64,000 nucleotides of DNA from Xylographa opegraphella (Eukaryota): contig JALDZX010000004.1 in assembly GCA_022813865.1 (NCBI GenBank), positions 1 through 64,000 of the forward strand, in the 5' to 3' direction. Below are positions 12,707 through 24,283 of this stretch, in pieces. Below the pieces are notes generated by a model. It did not search any database. It worked only from the letters and a program-made list of their open reading frames with translations, and had not been told where the DNA came from. A program made the position numbers and the translations under genes. Every line of letters begins with the position of its first letter. Within the stretch, counting starts at the first letter, position 1.

Positions 12707-15700
12707 GCGACCGTGGTATCTGTTGTGAAGTGGTATGGTCCTGCCTATGGACGCTCTGCTTGAATGATGGAAGACTTGATGGTCTTGAGTCAATGGTTTT
12801 GTGTCAAGTCACGGTGATTGAAGAAACTGCTTGGCTCGAACCAAGGAGGTTCTCCTGTGCAATTACCCGGAATATGCCCAAGTATACCAGCTACGGCGAG
12901 TGAAGGGAATGTCTCTTGTTAGAGCTGAATGAGTGTGGTTGAGCTGACAAGCTGTGAGGCTCAACGGCTAAGAGAGTGTGTGTTCGGATTGAAAAACGGG
13001 GGGTTGAAGGAAAGTAGCGAGGCCCCGAAGAGAGTGACGGGAGGCTCAAAGAGGCAATGGAAGGGGAAGCAAAGGAAAGTAAAGGAGTGAAGAAGCAAAG
13101 CACGAGCTCACGGATGCAGAGAGAGAGCAACGGTGAGCTGGGGCGCCGTTGACGGGGTGGGTGGAGGTGGAGGTGGGAGGGAAGAAGTTCAGTTCGAGTT
13201 GGCCGGGCAGGGTTGGACGGGATGACAGGATAAGGGGGCACGTCCGCCAAGCAGCAGCAACACCACGGCACCCCCCTGCTTCCAGATCGACCAATGACAG
13301 CGGCCTTACAACACCGTTCGACCCCGAGCGCGGAGACGGTGGGCTCGATTGATGGCCGTGTCTAGGTACGGAGGTAGAGCTTACGGTGTAGTCTACTGGC
13401 ACGAGTTGGGGGCATTCGGGCAGCCTGGAAAGGCCGTCGAGCTTCGAGGCCGTCATGCAGACGGAGGAAGCGTCGACACAACTCCACCAAGTCACCACGA
13501 TCGCCTTGACGGAGTGCAGCTACATGTCCACTGGTCACTGCACAGCGGCTTTGCACACAGTCAGCGGGGTGGAAGACCAGGCCGATGAGAATGGTCAGCT
13601 CGAGGCACACAGGGAAGTATGGAGCTCGTTCAATCAGTAGTAGCTTGGACAGCCATCAACAACACGTCCGCAGTCCTCCTCACTCGCTGTCGCCACTCGG
13701 AGCGGCGAGTCCATGGAGCATCACTTTACCGCAGGGCATGATTCGGGTGATGCTTTACAGAGCGATCGGGATGCGCGGCCATCCATGCCTGGGGGGTGAG
13801 GCTTGAGCCCACTGCCGCCCACCAAATGCTTGTCTCATGATTCATCCATTCGCCTAGGTACGTGGTTAGAGCCGATCGTTTGGGCAAGCTGCAACGGCTA
13901 AGAAAAGTGCCGTCGCATGCACCCTCGCCCCGGCGGACGGCGTGCACCAGTTCTGTGTTGGATGTGGGACAGATGCTTCTGCCGGTGTTGAGATCCAGAG
14001 TGAAGATAGATAGGGTCAAGTAGTCTCGACGTTCGTAACACGAATGCTTTCTCGACAGTGGTGATGACCGACTACATAAAAAGTGACCCTGTCGGAGAAA
14101 GACTTTTTGTCGCGGGACTAGACTCGAGAAGCGGATTTCGGCCTCCGTCCCTCCGCGGTGGAAAAGCTAAAAGGGTGGAAGAGCCCCTGGAGAGTCCTCG
14201 CGCTTATGGCAATACGGCTTAGTGTCTGGCACTAAGGCAGGAACGCGCCAGCATTGCTCGAAGCGTCACGCGCTACGGGCCATCGGCGCAAAGCTTTTCC
14301 CTCGCGGCCACTCGGATGATGCCATTCGCTCCACACCTTTTCATCGAAGCTGGCCAATCATCGTCAAGGCATCGAGGTTGGGGGTACATGCGCTGCCAAT
14401 AGGAACAAGTCGTGTGCACTTTACTCGACAGTGCAAGTAGTGCGGAGGGGCTGAATCGGAAGTAGCTTTCCACTGACAAGTAGGACCTCTTGCTTCTATA
14501 TTTAAATAAGGTATCTAGTTTGTGGATGATGGCCCTTATCCCCGAGCCATGTAGAGTCCCAACGCCTGACCCCACCCTCAAAGATTTCGTCTTTCTTCAA
14601 GCATAAAAGCCCGCTGTGCTGCAGACCGGAGACCGCCCGATCGTGGGAATGATAGGGGGTTGCGAGCCTTTCCCATCACTTAGCTCCGAAGAGCTCAGGC
14701 CTCCACAATGCATTACCTTAGGCTTAGGACCTTGGACGCGTACCCGCTCGTCTCCACAACAGCACCGTCCGGATCGGATACATACAGACAGACTACCTGC
14801 TCGAGGTACACAATTTCTGGTCAATGTCAACCTTGCACTTCACCATAAGTGGCTGTCAAGCGCTTCAGGTCCTGGGAGGAGATACAGAAGTACGGCGATG
14901 CAGGCAACTTATGATTTGATCTTTCAGAAGCCTATTTCGGACAGATTTATTGTCAAGGTTTCACGTTTTATTGAGAAAATTTTGTGGTATGAGTCTCTCG
15001 ACAACGTCTACAATCACGGTTGGTCGTGATCATATGGAGTGAGCAACCTCCCTCCATTCAGAGGGAACCGAGTATTTGAGGCACATGTCCACAGCTTTTG
15101 ATTGGACAACGGGATTGATCGGATTCTACGACGGCTGCCGGTATGTGGCGTTCGTTGTCGGGCACTCAGCCTAGGTACACATGGGTACAAGTCACAACCA
15201 CACGGACTCCAGGGTCGTTGGGGAGACTCCTCTGATACTCTTCACCGGCGTATCACTTGGAGAGGCTCCTGCGATAGTCTCTCTGATATACGACCTGGAT
15301 AGTTATCATATTTGATGGTATTAGAGTGAGCTCTTTCGATGCTAGTAAGGCAGTTGGCTACATGATTTTGTGGTGTCTCGATTATAATCCTTCGCTCCAT
15401 GCTTGGAGCCAGTTTGTCAATTTGATTCGCTATCCCGAACTGCCGTGGGTTGGCAGGCTTTACTCGTACAGAATACGTCGAGCCAAAAGCTGGGTTGATG
15501 TTGAGGTGTTGCGCTACTACAAGAAGAACATATATGGATTTCTGTCCGATGGTGCTCCGACTCATGAGTCGTACCATTAGGGTTGTTCTACGGGCCGCCT
15601 AGCGCTCAGGCATCACATTGTGTCTTGACAATACCTCGAGCGGGGTGCAGTATACGCTCTATCGAAGGTGGGGGGTGGCCTCTGCTTGTTCATCTGATAG

Positions 15701-16943
15701 TTGAACGAGTAGGAGTGCGGAGGTTGTGCATGATGAACCGCTGTGCTAGGGATGCCTTGGCATGTTTGACCAATAACGCGCTAGTGCAGGCATGATGTTC
15801 AACGTCTTTCTTTCTTTAGCCACACCTCCGCGCTCATCCTTGATGTACTTGATAACGTAGCAACCTCAGCGTCTTGCCTGCTTTTCATCCTATCTCTATC
15901 TCCGAATTGACCTCGACTGGGCACCCCCGAAATGTGCGTTAAGCAATTATATGATAGGCTGCTCGGCGTCTTTCAGGAACGTGACTGACGATCATTTTTG
16001 GTCCGTCGCACTGAGGGTTGGGATGGAAGAGCTTACCCTGGCTTCTCATCGTTTCGTACACATCGAACTTGGTCCATATCATTATTGTTCAGAGGTGGCA
16101 CCGGGACTGGGGTGTACGAAACGCAAGAACTGGGTGCACTCCGACACCCAGTCGTGGGACAGAAACCAGCAGGAATATTGGCATCGACGTATGAAGCTCC
16201 ACTAGCCCTATGCATAGACCTTTGGAAGAACATTCTGGCGTGGTATGGCGCCGGAAACCCCGGAAATTTGGCCTTTACACAAGCGGGAACTGGAACGAGC
16301 CGTTTCAACAGCATTCGGCTTTGTGGCTAACGTGTGGCAGCCTTCTCGCCAAATTCTTGACAGGGTTGAGATAATAGTAGTCCACAAAAGCGGACCAGAA
16401 CGTTCCTTGACAAGCTTACAAATGCTTGAACTGCAGCTATGCTTTCATTCTACAGGTACGCGGAGTGATCCACTTCGAGAAGCTGCTCGTCTCTACGCAG
16501 ATCGCCCGTTAGTTCCGGCGCTTTTGGGTTTATGTCTCAACAAATAGAGAAGCTCAAATACAAACCCCTGTCAGGCGCTATCTATGATAACATGCCTGGC
16601 AATGTCGATATGATATGCTGGTGTTCTCGAACCCAAATAGCGTATTCGCCGGCATCCTTTACCGAGGCCGTGATGCTTGAACGGAGATGGTCCCTCAACT
16701 GCTCATGATATGAGAAGAAGAGAAAGGAGTGCTCGTGATTCTGTAATGGGCAGTTGAAGGATGCCACCTCTCGATTTCGATGTCCATCAGCCCGTTCTTC
16801 TACCTCTGCCTGTGTATAAAGCCAACGCTTGCTTCCGAGTTCCCTCCTTTCTATCCTATACATTTACGTGTTCAATCTCAAGCTCTTGAAAAGATCTACC
16901 TTGTATTGTCGGCTGACATACCATCGACCCACGCCTACCAATC

Positions 16944-17762
16944 ATGAAGCTCTCCCTAAGCCTTCTCAGCGCTGCACTTTTCACCACGACTATCCTCGCG
17001 CGCCCTCACTCGCGTGCCGAGCGTCGTGCTACCCGCACTCTCAAGTCCCAGCCCCTGATCCCTTACACGGGCCCCGCAGGCCCAAACCCTGTCCCCGACA
17101 GCTCCAACGTCCAATACTCGGACAATTGGTCGGGCGCCGTCCTAACCGCCCCTCCAGCAGGGCAGACTTTCAATGCAGTCTCCGGGACCTTCACCGTGCC
17201 GACCGTGTCTCCGCCTTCCGGCGCCGGTTCCGGCTCCTGGTCCTCCTCCGCCTGGGTCGGCATCGACGGCGACACCTACGGCAACGCCATCCTCCAGACC
17301 GGCGTCGACTTCACCGTCACCAAGAGCGGCGGCTCCACCAGCCAATCCTTCCAGGCCTGGTACGAGTGGTACCCGAACAACGCCTACAACTTCGCCATGG
17401 ACGTCTCCGCCGGCGACGTCATGGCCATCTCCGTCCACTCCACCAGCGCCAGCGCGGGCACCGTCACCATCGAGAACCTCACCACCGGCGCGACTGTCAG
17501 CAAGGCGCTCAAGGCCCCCGGCTCCGGCAGCCATCTCGGGGGCCAGAACGCGGAGTGGATCGTCGAGGATTTCGAGGAGGGTGGCAGCTTGGTGGCGCTG
17601 AGCGACTTCGGCACCGTCACGTTCACGGACTGCGTGGCGAAGACGGCGAGCCAGAGCGTCGGGCTCGGGGGCGCGACGGTCATCGATATCAAGCAGAATG
17701 GGAACGTGGAGACGAGCGTGACGATCGAGAGTAGTAGTAGTGTGCAGATCAAGTATGTTTAA
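16944..17762 (+). CDS. Secreted glutamic peptidase, family G1 (eqolisin / aspergillopepsin-2-like), copy 1
   Basis: Signal peptide and basic propeptide; SDNWSGAVL, SAWVGIDG, catalytic Gln in AILQTGV, WYEWYP, catalytic Glu in NAEWIVEDF; intronless; TATAAA near 16815. Confidence 0.95.
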   Translation: MKLSLSLLSAALFTTTILARPHSRAERRATRTLKSQPLIPYTGPAGPNPVPDSSNVQYSDNWSGAVLTAPPAGQTFNAVSGTFTVPTVSPPSGAGSGSWSSSAWVGIDGDTYGNAILQTGVDFTVTKSGGSTSQSFQAWYEWYPNNAYNFAMDVSAGDVMAISVHSTSASAGTVTIENLTTGATVSKALKAPGSGSHLGGQNAEWIVEDFEEGGSLVALSDFGTVTFTDCVAKTASQSVGLGGATVIDIKQNGNVETSVTIESSSSVQIKYV

Positions 17763-18312
17763 ATAGGGAGGTGGGGAGTGGGTGAGGGGGCTCGATGGCT
17801 TTTACCCTATTCCTGATGTTGCTTTTTTTTTTCTTCTTCTTTTGGTCTGAGATATCTCATGCAGTTCAGGGGATGACAAGCGATCTCTGCTTATGGCGAT
17901 ACTTGCAGGGCCTGTCGGTTTCTTGTGGGGTTCAGCACTGGGATTAACACAAATGTCTTATGTGAAAATGTTATGTTCATCCTTCGATTCGTAGCAGTTG
18001 TCATGCTAACAGATTGAACACTTTTTATCAACACACTACATTATACCAGAACGGTGATTTCTACGCGTGACTTTACTCACTTCCTTGCGGTACCATATTT
18101 CAGTCATTCGCTCACTCTGGTGTCCTGATCTCTTGCCTGAAATGTTGATCTGAGCAGTTTCATTTCTTAATCACTTTTTTGTCAGAGCTTTGAATCTCCC
18201 ATCAATCATACTCTCCTCTCCTATCTTGCACCTCAACCCGATCATCAACTCTAAAACATATCAAACTCAACCATCTTCTCCTGCATCTCAAAATCCGCAG
18301 CTCATCAACATC

Positions 18313-19191
18313 ATGAAATGTTTGCACCTCCTCTTGACTGGCCCCTTCTTCGCCACCAGCCTTCTGGCGGCAACTCATGGTATCCAGCGTCGCAATGCTG
18401 GCATGATAGCAACTGGCCAGGATCCTGGAAACACAAGGGTTGTCGGTTCTTACAATTGGGCTGGCGCAGTCCTTAACTATCCTGCCGGTGAGACTTACAA
18501 CTACATCCACGGAGTCCTCACCGTTCCCAGCGTAGCCCCGCCTCCGGGTTCTGGCGACGGTTCCTGGGGGTCCGCCGCTTGGATTGGTCTGGGTGGTTCC
18601 CACAATCCTATCTTGTTCCAGGTCGCCGTTCTCTCCCTCGTCAATTCAAGCAGCAGCACCACCATGCAGTCATTCAGCGCCGCTTATGAATGGATTCCTG
18701 CACCCATCGTCTTCATCGACATGGAAATCTGTGCTGGCGACGAAATTGCCATGACTGTTTTCTCCAATCACGACGGCAGCACCGGGACGATCCGCCTCAA
18801 CAACAAGAGCAATGGTCAGCACTTCCATACGGTGGTCTCGATGCCGGCTCCGAACACTAACATCAAGGGCGATACCGCGGACTGGATTGTGGAAGACTAT
18901 TCCGTCGGTGCAGGGTTGGAGCCGCTGGCAGACTTCGGGACGGTGACGTTCACGGACTGTGTGGCTAAGGTCGGGAGCGAGCACTTTGGCCTTGAGAATG
19001 CAACTGTGACGGCAATGTATTCGCCTGCGCTTGTGTTGGAGGCGAATGCAACCGTCGAAGGCTCGAGCACTGTGGAGGTTTACGTATCTTGTGGATGCGC
19101 CAGCGGCTTAGAGGTAGTTCAGGCGTGCAGCATTTGGCTTCGCAGTTATGCTGTCTTTTGGTCGGGAAGCACGCTCGAGCAGGAGGGGTGA
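18313..19191 (+). CDS. Secreted glutamic peptidase, family G1, divergent copy 2
   Basis: ATG 18313 MKCLHLLL signal peptide; SYNWAGAVL, AAWIGLGG, ILFQVA, YEWIP, TADWIVEDY, LADFGTVTFTDC. The 3' end is uncertain (about 35-aa tail after VEVYV). Confidence 0.88.
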   Translation: MKCLHLLLTGPFFATSLLAATHGIQRRNAGMIATGQDPGNTRVVGSYNWAGAVLNYPAGETYNYIHGVLTVPSVAPPPGSGDGSWGSAAWIGLGGSHNPILFQVAVLSLVNSSSSTTMQSFSAAYEWIPAPIVFIDMEICAGDEIAMTVFSNHDGSTGTIRLNNKSNGQHFHTVVSMPAPNTNIKGDTADWIVEDYSVGAGLEPLADFGTVTFTDCVAKVGSEHFGLENATVTAMYSPALVLEANATVEGSSTVEVYVSCGCASGLEVVQACSIWLRSYAVFWSGSTLEQEG

Positions 19192-19632
19192 AGATGGAAT
19201 GATTAATTGTGTGCCGCTTTGCAGAGTATGGGACTCTGGCTTTGGGAGCAGGAATCACAAGCCTTGCACCTGAACATGATCTACACTGCTCTTGATCGTG
19301 TGTCTGACCTCGTGAAATCTTTGTAGAGACTTAAATAACAGTGCTCGTGGCCTTTATGCTGGATCTCTCGAATCTTCTGAATTCTATCCTCCATAAGCTG
19401 AGGGTACCTCCTATGACAACCAGATACAGTGAATCGTCTTTTACATTAGTAGATACCTCACCTCATAGTCCTCCGACCCTCTGCAGTTGAACTTCATGTC
19501 CTCGCCCCAAAGTGCATTAGCGCCTCCGCGACCCCTGCTCTTCAAGAAAACCCCTGCACCCAATGACCTATATTACTCGTACAGATCCCCCCCGACCTCT
19601 ATCATCCACAACCCATTGTATCCCGGCTTCCA

Positions 19633-20524
19633 ATGAACATCTCAGCCAGCCTGAACGTGTTCAGGCTAATCACCAACCCCGCTCTCTGTCTGCCGCACTC
19701 CACGATACCAACGTTCAATCAATTACCCCTTCCCATATCGAAAGCCTTTCCGGCGTCGGAGAAAGGGCACAGACCTGATATCCGCGCTATTGTGCTGGAT
19801 AAAGATAATTGTTTTGCGAGACCGAAGGAGAATGTCGTTTATGAAGCGTATCATGTAAGACTGCTCTTTAGATCTTTTCTTGATTTTGGACGCGTGGTCG
19901 ATCTGTGGGCGGCTTTCGCTGCCATTTGTCAACTCATGTTCATTGGTCTGTGAATTGCTCCAAAGGTCTCTTTCTCGCCACTATTGCTCTACCAGTATAA
20001 GAAGAAGAAAAAAACAAAAAGGTGTTTGCACGCTCTTCTCTAAAGCCCTCTTCCACAGGATAAATTCAACACGCTCAAAGCCGCCTACCCTCACTCCCGC
20101 CTCCTGATTGTCAGCAACTCCGCTGGTACGAGTTCCGATCCCGGCCACACCGACGCTGCTCTTCTCGAAAAGAATACCGGAGTCCCAGTCCTACGACACT
20201 CCACCAAGAAGCCTGGCTGTGGCGCCGAAATTCTATCCTATTTCCGCAACATCCCCGAAGCAGGAGTCACGGAGCCAAGTCAGATTGCTATTGTTGGCGA
20301 TCGATTGTTCACAGATGTGCTCATGGCCAACATGATGGGGTCGTGGAGTGTGTGGGTTAGAGATGGCGTTGTGGAGGAGAAGGGATTCGTGAGTCTTCTT
20401 AGATGTGATGGTCTCGAAGTATGCTGATGATGGCAAGTTCACTGTATTTGAGAAAGGGTTGGCTGGCTATTTGTTAAGAAAGGGCTACTCGCCCCCCACT
20501 CCACTGAGCCAGTTCGAAGGTTGA
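19633..20524 (+). CDS. GEP4: Mitochondrial phosphatidylglycerophosphatase (HAD superfamily)
   Basis: IRAIVLDKDNCF, LLIVSNSAG, VLRHSTKKPGC, IAIVGDRLFTDVLMANMMG; introns about 19855-20058 and 20389-20437. Confidence 0.9.
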
Positions 20525-21780
20525 AGCAATGGGGTGGTGATGTGACTCCAAGAAGCTGTACGTTTCGTGAAGATGGCGAGTTGGCTTACAGATCAACTAT
20601 GTTTGCGCCATCTGAAACTTTGTGACCTAGCTCGTTATTCTTGTGCCCTGGGATTGCAAGGACGAGTATTTTCAATACCTCAAGGCTGCTCGGAGGACGC
20701 CTAACGATCTTGGAGCCGATCTCGATCTGTTGAGGGCGCCTATGCTACAGGATCCTTCACAACAAAGTGATTCTTCGAGCACGCCACATATATCAAGGAT
20801 CAAGAAAGGAGTCATTGGAGACACGCATGATCGCTGGTACGATCTTCTACGATTATGACAGACATTCTCGAGGACGACAAATCCAGTGTATCTGGCAGAA
20901 CCAAAATATCTGACCGGATGGAAACTTGGTCAAAGACCACTGCACGAGCAATAGCGTTGAGGATAGCAAGCAGTGCAATTCAAATCTAAACACTAGCAGA
21001 CTATGGAAGGCTCGGCGACTATCACAAATGGGATGGAACACCATCGCTACCATCCACCTTCCATCTGGTATCCTCCCAAAGAGCTAGGAGACCCGGATAT
21101 TTCGGTGTTCGAGGTGAGCTTGTACCGACTCGGAAATTTGTCAACCAATGTATTGATGGGCTGCTTGGTGATCGTCGAGTCCTTGCATCGAAAAGTGCGA
21201 TTGGGATAGGGATCCTGCAAAGTGGCCGCTCCTTGCCGATCTGATTGTTTATAAATCATCAGTCCATTCAAGTGCAATCATGATACCGGGAGGATTCTGA
21301 CTTCTTTGGGGAAGAAGGCGAGATTCTGTATTTATTTTGGACCCTGTGTAGATATAGTGACCACGCCTTGAATAATAGAGTAAATAGAGCGATGAATACT
21401 GATACCCATGAAGACGTTTACGCGCTGTACTAACTCCGTACAGTCGTATATATTAAAGGGTTGCTTTTTAATTTGAAGAAAAGCTTTTTCAGGTCTCGGG
21501 GTTTTTAATCCCATTGACATGTTCGTCTAGTCCCACCATAACGGGCAGACCCTAGAGGCTCGAATCTCACCTATCGAGCCGTATCGTCGACTTCGAAGCG
21601 CTTATCCTAGCTCAACCCTATCCGTTCCTGCATCACTAGCGCCGGCTCCCTAAAAAAGCGTCCAGAGCAGCACTTCTGCCCGAGACGCTAACAAAGGTAA
21701 TAAACTGCTCTCGTACGTGCCTTCTACCTACCTGAACTCGACTGGAGGAAAGTCCATGTAAAGCACACCACTTCGCAACC

Positions 21781-22360
21781 ATGACGAGCACGATCGGCAT
21801 TCCAATCAAGCTGCTCAATGAAGCGCAGGTACACTTACCACCCCAACGTATTGTGGTATCCGCTCATCAAGATACGCAACCCAGGGCCATGTCGTTACGC
21901 TCGAGATCACCTCCGGCCAGGTCTACCGCGGCAAGCTCATCGAAGGTCTATAGCCTTCTTCTGCTCCCCTTCCGACTGATACACACCATACTGACAAGAG
22001 TCTACAGCCGAGGACAACATGAACGTTCAGCTCAAGGACATCACCGTGACTGCGCGAGATGGGCGTGTTAGCCATCTGGATCAGGTCTACATACGAGGGA
22101 GCCATGTTCGGTTTTTTATTGTGCCGGATATGTTAAGGTGGGTGAGACAGACTTGAGAAATACTTGAGTGCCTCACGCCTGTCGCGGTGGCTGCTTCTGG
22201 TAATATTTGAAAATAAGGCTAATAATATTTCTCTGGTAGGAACGCGCCTATGTTCCGTTCGCGGACGTCGAAGGGTAGGGGAGTAGGACTGGCGAGAGGG
22301 CGGGCGACGGTCAACAGAGCGAGAGGGCAGAGAGGTGGCGGTGGGGAGCGCAGAGGATAG
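21781..22360 (+). CDS. SMD3: Small nuclear ribonucleoprotein Sm D3
   Basis: [85 protein letters not shown] plus RG-rich tail; three introns. Confidence 0.96.
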
Positions 22361-22729
22361 ATGGGGGAAGAATTTCAGAGGCTCTGCTCAATGACCGGAA
22401 CCTGGTGGGCCTGTGCGTCTGGAAGACAGGAATGAAATTTAATACCGGACTCCGGGTCTAGGAAAAGAAATCTCAAAGGCAGTCGAGGCGGACTCGGGGA
22501 GGGATAGCACTTTGCTTGTGCAAGACTGCGGTAACTTGTGCAGTCATGACCACAGTCTTCATAGAGATCCCACACGAGGCCCAGGCTCCCGCCAGCGCGA
22601 ATGTAACACCGATCGAGAACTGAGCTATTCTCAATCATAAGACCACGTGCAGAAAGCAATGAAACGTAAAGTAACCACACTTCACTCCCTCCGCCCGACC
22701 AGCTCCCACCTCCCCCCTCCCACAACACC

Positions 22730-23834
22730 ATGGAAATCCCCAACCCGCGCCGCATCCTCATCCTCTCCCCGCCCTCCACCGACCTCGAGCCCCTCATCCA
22801 AGGCGCGCCCACCCCACCCAATCTTTGACATCCAGAACTAACATCCCCCTCCCAGCTCTCACCGCCCCTCCCCCCTCTTCCACCACCCCACCCACCCCCT
22901 CGCCCTCGCCCCCCCTCCTCCTCCTCCACCACATCCACACCCCCTACTACCGCACCACCATCCCCATCTGGACCGACCACATCCCCTCCCCACCCGCCTT
23001 CCACACCGAATGGCTCGCCCTCCCCGGCGCCGCGGACGTCGTCGCCGCCATCGGCGCCTGGATCATCGCTTTCCCCAAGCCGGCCACAAGCGCTGAGCTC
23101 GTCCGTCCCCCTCCCCCCCCTCTCTCTCCCAACACCCTTACTAACCTCCCTCCCCGGGGCGCTAGCAAGCCACGCAATCCCTGCTCGCCACCGTCGCCGC
23201 CGTAATAAGCCACCACCTCGCCGCCCCCTCCTCCTCCTCCTCCTTCGCCATCGTCGAAGCCCCCGCCCGCTTCGCCGTCGCCCTGCCTCGGCGCCAGCTG
23301 CCGCTGCTGCAGCTTGAGGATGCGGCGTGGGAGGATCTGTGTCGGGAGAGTGGGGGGTGGGAGTTTGTGGACGGGGATGGGGGCGGTGGGGGGGCGAGGA
23401 ACGAGTTTGGCGGTGAGTGGCGAGGTGGGGGGGAGGGGGCTTCTGGGATGGCACGGGTGGGCTGATACGTGGTGTGTGCAGAAACGACGGGCTTGCCGCG
23501 CTTGTTGGAGGGGTTGCAGAGCGTGGAGTGGGATGCGGATGATGAGGGGGGGATGAGTGAGGAGGGGGAGGAGGAAGAGGCCATGCGCGAGCCCATCATG
23601 GCGGCGGATGCGGAGGGCGGGGCGGAGCGGGACACGGGCGGTGGGGGCGAGAGTCTCGATACGGAGGGCGAGGGCCTCGATGCGGAGGGCGAGGAGGGCG
23701 ATGCGGAGGTTCAAGCGCTGCAGCGTATGATGCTCAAGATGCAGGCCGTCAAGGAGATGGGTGCCGATCTGCCGGAGGGGGAGCGCCGGAAACTGGCCGC
23801 CAGGGCGGTGAGGGCGGTGATGCGCGGGTTGTGA
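22730..23834 (+). CDS. IRC6: Alpha/gamma-adaptin-binding protein p34 (Irc6/AAGAB-like)
   Basis: Spliced: MEIPNPRRILIL...HTPYYRTTIPIWTD...WEDLCRESGGWEFVD...RNEFGETTGLPRLLEGLQSVEW...LQRMMLKMQAVKEMGADLPEGERRKLAARAV. Introns 22803-22855 (GC-AG), 23101-23165, about 23413-23481. Confidence 0.82.
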
Positions 23835-24283
23835 GTGGATGGGAGGAGCGTGTGGGGGAGAGTGCTATTGGAAGAGGGCGATATATCTGCTGGGTCGGCG
23901 TGGCGGACGTGCATCTCGGAGGGCTATTACTGGGGAACAGATCCAGAGATTACGGCAAACTATCATATAGGCACAGCAACAGACGTGTGCAAACATGTAC
24001 GCTCGATCCACGGCCGAGAGAAAAAGCTGGGATGCACATCCGGTGTAAACTCGACTTCTGAACCCGTGTTATATTACATCCACTATCTCAGCCCACACTC
24101 CCTATAGACAAAGTCCCACCGGCGCCAGCGCGTCCGCCTCATCTGTCGTTCAGAGAATAATAGTTGGAATAAAATGTTGCCAAAGTAAATGATGCAGTCC
24201 GTCGCAAATACGCCGTAAGCCTCATTCAAGGTCGGGCACGTACATGACTCACTCCCCTCCAGCGGTGTTGAAGCCGGAATTAT

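Noticed and set aside
15326..15580. ORF containing IRYPELPWVGRL, faintly like a P450 N-terminus
   Set aside because: Single weak motif with no collinear downstream P450 landmarks.
16829..17752. Long alternative-frame and antisense ORFs over G1 peptidase copy 1
   Set aside because: Expected shadow ORFs from extreme third-position GC.
20640..21280. Short ORFs between GEP4 and SMD3
   Set aside because: No family resemblance or consistent exon chain that I could build.
22375..23714. 359-aa and 255-aa minus-strand ORFs
   Set aside because: Antisense shadows of the GC-rich IRC6 gene, low complexity.
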